This document shows, piece by piece, positions 59,554-64,000 of a DNA stretch of 64,000 nt. The notes beneath the pieces were generated by a model. That model was not told where the DNA came from. It did no database searches and saw only the letters and a program-made list of their open reading frames with translations. The position numbers and the translations under genes were made by a program. The DNA comes from Deltaproteobacteria bacterium. Lineage in GTDB: Bacteria > UBA10199 > JACPAL01 > JAHFST01. Position 1 is the stretch's first letter. The number at the start of each line of letters is the position of its first letter. The stretch spans positions 36,137 to 100,136 of the forward strand of contig JAHFST010000011.1 in assembly GCA_023265625.1 (NCBI GenBank). The letters are read 5' to 3'.

Positions 59554-61569
59554 ATGGCGGCAGTGGCTTACAACGAACTTGAGCAGATGCAGGAGCAAGA
59601 AGTTCAGAAGAACCTAGGGTCGTTTTACGGTGGGGAAAAGGGCAAATTCTCCTCGGAAAAACTGGCACAAGGGGGGCTGAAGCTTGGTGAGCGTCTTTTG
59701 GTGCAAACAGCCAAGGTCCTCTGGCCGGTCCTACAATTCGTCAATAAAGTGCATCAGGGAAAGCCGTTTCAACCGAAGTGGGCCCCGGCCCCCTTGCTGC
59801 GTTCCAAAGAACGGACCTTTCCGCAATTGGGATGGCCGCGTAAGACGGATTCGCTCTGTCCAAAATGTGTCAAAGAGGCGCGCGAGGCGATTATCTCCGG
59901 AGAGAAAAACTTCACCTATCTGATTGATTCTAATCCAGGCGAGATTAAGGCCGACATTGTGGAACGAGATGGGAAGATTTTGATGGTTAAGTCGTGTCCC
60001 AAGCACGGGGCCACGGAGGACATGATGGCGATGGACGCCACATTTTTGGAACGGATGGAAAAACTCTATCCAGGACGTGATTTTAAATCACCCCTCACCG
60101 ATCTGAGAAATCATGGGAATTCCACGGTGCAATACGGCCGCGGTTCGGTGTTGACCGTTGATCTCACCAATCGGTGCAACATGATGTGTGATCCGTGTTT
60201 CATGGATGCCAACCAGGTGGGATATGTGCATGAATTGGCCTGGGAAGAGATTCAGGAAATTTTAGACAACTCGCTCAAGATTCAACCGCGTCGCCAAATG
60301 TCGGTGCAGTTTTCCGGCGGGGAACCGACCTTGTCGCCTTATTTCATCAAGGCCATCAAGTACTGCAAGGAGATTGGCTACTACAGCGTGCAGGCCGCCA
60401 CCAATGGGATCAAGTTTGCGCAGAGCTTGGAATTTGCCCAAGAGGCCTATGATGCGGGGATGCGGATTGCCTATTTGCAATTTGACGGCGTGGGCAACGA
60501 AAACAATGAGCACCGCAAGATCTCCAATCTCTTTGATGTCAAGTTGCGGGCCATTGAGAACTTGGCCAAGGTGGGGATTGATGTGGTGCTCGTGGTGACG
60601 ATTGTGAACTCCATCAACGATCATCAAGTGGGGCCGATCGTTGATTTCGCGATTCAGAATTCCGACAAGATCACCTTTATTGCCTTTCAACCGGTGTCCT
60701 TTACCGGCCGTGATGAGGATATCAGCGATGCGGATCGGGAAAAACATCGCTACACCCTCTCGCATCTGGCGCATGGTGTGAAGAATCAGACCGGCATTTC
60801 TGAACCGTTGCGTGATTGGTTTCCGCTCTCCGCCATTGGGCCGTTTTCCGATTTGACCGATATGGTGAAGGGGCCGAATCAGGATTGGGGGGCGATGAAA
60901 TGTGGTTGCCATCCCAACTGCGGTATCGGGATGACCCTGATGGTCGATAAGCACAACAAGCGTTGGCTCCCCATGACGGAGTTCCTGAACCTCGATAACA
61001 TCTTGAAAGATGTGGTGCAGATCAACGATGCCTGCCAGCCGACTTGGTTGACCAAGATTGAAGTGGCGTGTTCGTTGCTCCGTAATTTCAAGCCAGGCCT
61101 GGCCCCCAAGGAGATGACCTTGAAGGACCTTTTGACCAAGTTTGACAAACAGACCTCCGGTTCCTTCTCCGAAGGCAAGGTTGATTACGGTGTTGGTTTG
61201 GAGCGCAAGAAGGATCGTTGGTTGATCATGTTTGTGGCCGGGATGTGGTTCCAGGATTTATTCAACTACGACTTCCGCCGCACCGAGATGTGTATCATCC
61301 CGTACGGGACGCAACTGGGCGAGATCTCGTTTTGTGCCTACAACACCGGAGTGGGTTGGAGGCAGATCATCGAGAACATGTTTCAAAACGCCTCGGTCGG
61401 GGAATGGTACAAAAAATACGGCCGCCACGGTGTCTACGCCGGGGACAGACCGATGCCGGTCCCGGAGTCAAGCCACAGCGTGAAGTTGCCAGCCTATCTC
61501 TCGGGCGCCCCGTCTGGGTTGCCGGCTTATCAGGAAGAGAAGTCAGGTGAAGGTTGTGGGTGCCACTAG
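59554..61569 (+). CDS. Radical SAM enzyme, tetraether synthase (Tes/GDGT-MAS)-like
   Basis: SLCPKC...KSCPKHG N-terminal metal site, DLTNRCNMMCDPCF, CHPNCG, C.I.Y, SFCAYN. Confidence 0.75.
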   Translation: MAAVAYNELEQMQEQEVQKNLGSFYGGEKGKFSSEKLAQGGLKLGERLLVQTAKVLWPVLQFVNKVHQGKPFQPKWAPAPLLRSKERTFPQLGWPRKTDSLCPKCVKEAREAIISGEKNFTYLIDSNPGEIKADIVERDGKILMVKSCPKHGATEDMMAMDATFLERMEKLYPGRDFKSPLTDLRNHGNSTVQYGRGSVLTVDLTNRCNMMCDPCFMDANQVGYVHELAWEEIQEILDNSLKIQPRRQMSVQFSGGEPTLSPYFIKAIKYCKEIGYYSVQAATNGIKFAQSLEFAQEAYDAGMRIAYLQFDGVGNENNEHRKISNLFDVKLRAIENLAKVGIDVVLVVTIVNSINDHQVGPIVDFAIQNSDKITFIAFQPVSFTGRDEDISDADREKHRYTLSHLAHGVKNQTGISEPLRDWFPLSAIGPFSDLTDMVKGPNQDWGAMKCGCHPNCGIGMTLMVDKHNKRWLPMTEFLNLDNILKDVVQINDACQPTWLTKIEVACSLLRNFKPGLAPKEMTLKDLLTKFDKQTSGSFSEGKVDYGVGLERKKDRWLIMFVAGMWFQDLFNYDFRRTEMCIIPYGTQLGEISFCAYNTGVGWRQIIENMFQNASVGEWYKKYGRHGVYAGDRPMPVPESSHSVKLPAYLSGAPSGLPAYQEEKSGEGCGCH

Positions 61570-61575
61570 AGTCAT

Positions 61576-62358
61576 CTAGTTCTTATCTAAATTCTGCATA
61601 ATATACCGCATCCGCACCATCGCGGTCAGGTTGGTGAATACGGTGATCACCAGCAGGGCTGCGATGGTCATGAAGTCGGGGGGGATTCTGACCCAGTGGA
61701 CGACTAGGGAGAGGAAATAGGCGAAGATCGGGCTGAAGATGGAGCCGACGCCTAGGTAGACGATGCGCTCCGGGCGTTGCATCCAGCCGATGGAGCAGAG
61801 AATGCCGACACCTTCGCCGCGGGCCCGGGTGTAGGAGACCATCATGGAGCCAATCAGCGCAAGTACCACCAGATTTAAGATCCAGCTGTTTCGATAGGCG
61901 CTCGCGAGGCCCAGAAAGACCACGGCCTCACTAAATCGATCCATGACCGAATCAAAAAAGGCCCCTGACTTGGTGACATGACCGGTTGAGCGGGCGATGC
62001 GCCCGTCAAACATATCGAAGGTGGCCCCAAAGATCATAAACCAGCCCCCGGTGCCAAACATGCGCTGATGAAAGAAATAACCCGAGGTGCAGGAGAGTAA
62101 GAAGCCAAAGAAGGTCAGGGTGTTTGGGCTGATACGGTATTTCACCAACATCTGTTCAAAGGGATTCGTGAGCCAGTACCAGTATTCCTTCAAGAAGCGA
62201 GACAGGAAGCGGGAGTGTTCCTTGGCGTCCATATTTTTGGCAATTTCCTGGGGGATGACTCGCTGGGTATAGGTGAGCCAGAAATAGCCCAGGGTGCTGA
62301 GGAATAGGACGTTGAAAACGAGTAGAGGGGCTACGGAGAGCCAAAATGCCTGAGTCAT
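61576..62358 (-). CDS. CDP-alcohol phosphatidyltransferase
   Basis: PN.LT, DMFDGRIAR....T..GAFFDSVMDR, SYTRAR.E, R.ER. Confidence 0.92.
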   Translation of the reverse strand: MTQAFWLSVAPLLVFNVLFLSTLGYFWLTYTQRVIPQEIAKNMDAKEHSRFLSRFLKEYWYWLTNPFEQMLVKYRISPNTLTFFGFLLSCTSGYFFHQRMFGTGGWFMIFGATFDMFDGRIARSTGHVTKSGAFFDSVMDRFSEAVVFLGLASAYRNSWILNLVVLALIGSMMVSYTRARGEGVGILCSIGWMQRPERIVYLGVGSIFSPIFAYFLSLVVHWVRIPPDFMTIAALLVITVFTNLTAMVRMRYIMQNLDKN

Positions 62359-62449
62359 GGTGTCTAATTTTCCCAAGATTACGTCTGTGTCAAGCGATTA
62401 CCCGCCACACGGTTGACAACCGGTCCTAGTTGTTGTTAGAGCATTGTTC

Positions 62450-62620
62450 ATGGAAAATTTCATCAAGATTGTGACCCAGCCGGATAACATCGCCATTGTG
62501 ATCATGTTGATTACCGTGGCCATCTGCACTTTCCACTCCGTCCGTGAAATGCGGATCAATGATAAATTCATTAAGGATGGGAAGAAGGAAGAAATTTACA
62601 AGCGGATGATTCGGCCGTAG
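62450..62620 (+). CDS. Small single-TM protein (56 aa, not in ORF track)
   Basis: Manual translation MENFIKIVTQPDNIAIVIMLITVAICTFHSVREMRINDKFIKDGKKEEIYKRMIRP; TTGACA upstream. Confidence 0.65.
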   Translation: MENFIKIVTQPDNIAIVIMLITVAICTFHSVREMRINDKFIKDGKKEEIYKRMIRP

Positions 62621-62644
62621 GGGCGTATGGCAATGCGCCCCTAC
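62617..62644. repeat. GTAG...CTAC REP-like hairpin between convergent genes
   Basis: GTAGGGGCGTATGGCAATGCGCCCCTAC. Confidence 0.75.
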
Positions 62645-63120
62645 AGATGATATTGGTTCACCAATTCTGTTAGTCTGTTTCCGTCAATAAATTCAATCGG
62701 CGCCAGTTCTGAGATCCCTCCCAGTTCGCTCGTGAAAGTCCCGGTGGTGATAAAAATTCCTTTTGAGGCGCGTTCTTGGATGATGGCGTTTGAGAGTTCC
62801 AGGATCTCCTGATTTTGCACCACCTGGTTTTTGGGGAGATAGACACATTGGACCAAAATGGGTCCTCCTGTGATGGGAACCGGGTTGCGGGCTTGAATGC
62901 TGAGGCCATTGTCCCCATCTCGGTGGATCTCATCAATTTCCAGTTTTAATTCCAGCAAAAGGTTGCTGCAGACCCGTTCAAAACGGGCGAAATCGAGTCC
63001 CGCTTCGTCGGTGGGGAGGACGCGTGTCAGGCCCTGTTTTTTGCCGGCAAGGGCCGCCACAAAAATGAGAAAAAAACCGCATGTGATGGCGCCAAAGACG
63101 ATGAGTAAGATGAATTCCAT
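62641..63120 (-). CDS. Membrane-anchored Mrr-like restriction-endonuclease-fold protein
   Basis: N-terminal TM; [22 protein letters not shown]. Confidence 0.7.
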   Translation of the reverse strand: MEFILLIVFGAITCGFFLIFVAALAGKKQGLTRVLPTDEAGLDFARFERVCSNLLLELKLEIDEIHRDGDNGLSIQARNPVPITGGPILVQCVYLPKNQVVQNQEILELSNAIIQERASKGIFITTGTFTSELGGISELAPIEFIDGNRLTELVNQYHL

Positions 63121-63186
63121 GACAATGGCCTTATCATACTGTGGAAAATTGACAACTTTAGTAAAATAATGCTACCTCGCATGCCT

Positions 63187-64000
63187 ATGGCAAAAATTAG
63201 TTATGTTGTTGCGCGAGAGATTCTTGATTCACGAGGGTTTCCGACTGTCGAGGTGGATATCATCACCGACAATCAGGTTATGGCTCGCGCGGCGGTTCCT
63301 TCCGGCGCCTCCACGGGGACCTTTGAGGCCTTGGAGTTACGGGACGGAGATCAGAAGCGATACCTTGGAAAAGGTGTGTTGCAGGCCGTCAAGAATGTGA
63401 ACGACGTGCTGGCTCGCCCGCTTAAGGGGTATGAGCTGGGTCGGCAGGAAGAGCTGGATCAATTGTTGCTGGATTTGGATGGGACGGAAAATAAGGCGAA
63501 GTTGGGTGCCAATGCCATCTTGGGTGTTTCCCTGGCCTACGCTCGGGCCACGGCGCAGGTTCGTAGTTTGCCCCTCTACCAATTGATTGCCGAATTGTCA
63601 GGTAGCAAGGGCGGGCAGTTACCCGTGCCTCTGATGAATGTGATCAACGGGGGGCGTCATGCCGACAACCCGTTGGACATCCAGGAATTCATGATTGTGC
63701 CGGTTGGAAAAAATTTTCGGGAGAGTTTACGGATGGGGGCGGAGGTTTTTCATCATTTGAAGAAAATATTGGTTGAGAAAAATCTTTCCAGCGCCGTCGG
63801 AGATGAAGGGGGGTTTGCCCCTGATCTGAAGCATCCCTTGGAAGTGCTCCAGTGTTTGTCCCGCGCCACCGAACAGGCGGGTTACGGATTTGGCCAAGAT
63901 GTCTTGGTCGCCTTGGACGTGGCCGCGAGTGAATTTTACAAAAATGGTTCTTATCAATTGCGCACGGAAGAGGGGAGCAAGCAAACCGCGCAGGAGCTCA
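63187..64000 (+). CDS. eno: Enolase, 3'-truncated by window edge
   Basis: Manual translation [54 protein letters not shown]. Confidence 0.97.
   Translation, partial: MAKISYVVAREILDSRGFPTVEVDIITDNQVMARAAVPSGASTGTFEALELRDGDQKRYLGKGVLQAVKNVNDVLARPLKGYELGRQEELDQLLLDLDGTENKAKLGANAILGVSLAYARATAQVRSLPLYQLIAELSGSKGGQLPVPLMNVINGGRHADNPLDIQEFMIVPVGKNFRESLRMGAEVFHHLKKILVEKNLSSAVGDEGGFAPDLKHPLEVLQCLSRATEQAGYGFGQDVLVALDVAASEFYKNGSYQLRTEEGSKQTAQEL

Noticed and set aside
1-64000. tRNA, rRNA or riboswitch genes
   Set aside because: Intergenic gaps are short and I saw no cloverleaf or conserved RNA motifs; a covariance-model search would be needed to exclude them.

Overview
Bacterial chromosomal window, probably from a Deltaproteobacteria-like lineage (inferred from the delta-type Fur box, ribosomal proteins and gene content; not verified). 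1-13.6 kb is the S10-spc-alpha ribosomal superoperon (rplD partial to rplQ), with no rpmD and with GTAG-type REP palindromes between genes. 13.6-18.4 kb holds a TlpA-like redoxin and a Fur-boxed iron operon (fur, feoB, Cys-rich protein, DtxR-FeoA, FMN-binding protein, membrane protein). 18.4-33.2 kb is a variable region with no integrase: orphan or accessory genes, a kinase/nuclease cluster, an AAA ATPase and two PemK-type TA pairs, interleaved with duplicated fragments of the TA and ATPase genes. Three unrelated genes there share a GCAAC-N15-(C/G)CGA upstream motif. 33.2-43.8 kb holds queG, dksA, a divergent gshA, a two-gene glnE and a minimal AddAB-like pair. 43.8-54 kb is a UDP-GlcA/UDP-xylose plus GT-C glycosylation island. 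54-64 kb holds hpnD/hpnE-like genes, greA, a tetraether-synthase (Tes/GDGT-MAS)-like radical SAM enzyme, a CDP-alcohol phosphatidyltransferase and eno (partial). All calls come from reading motifs by eye; no database searches were run.
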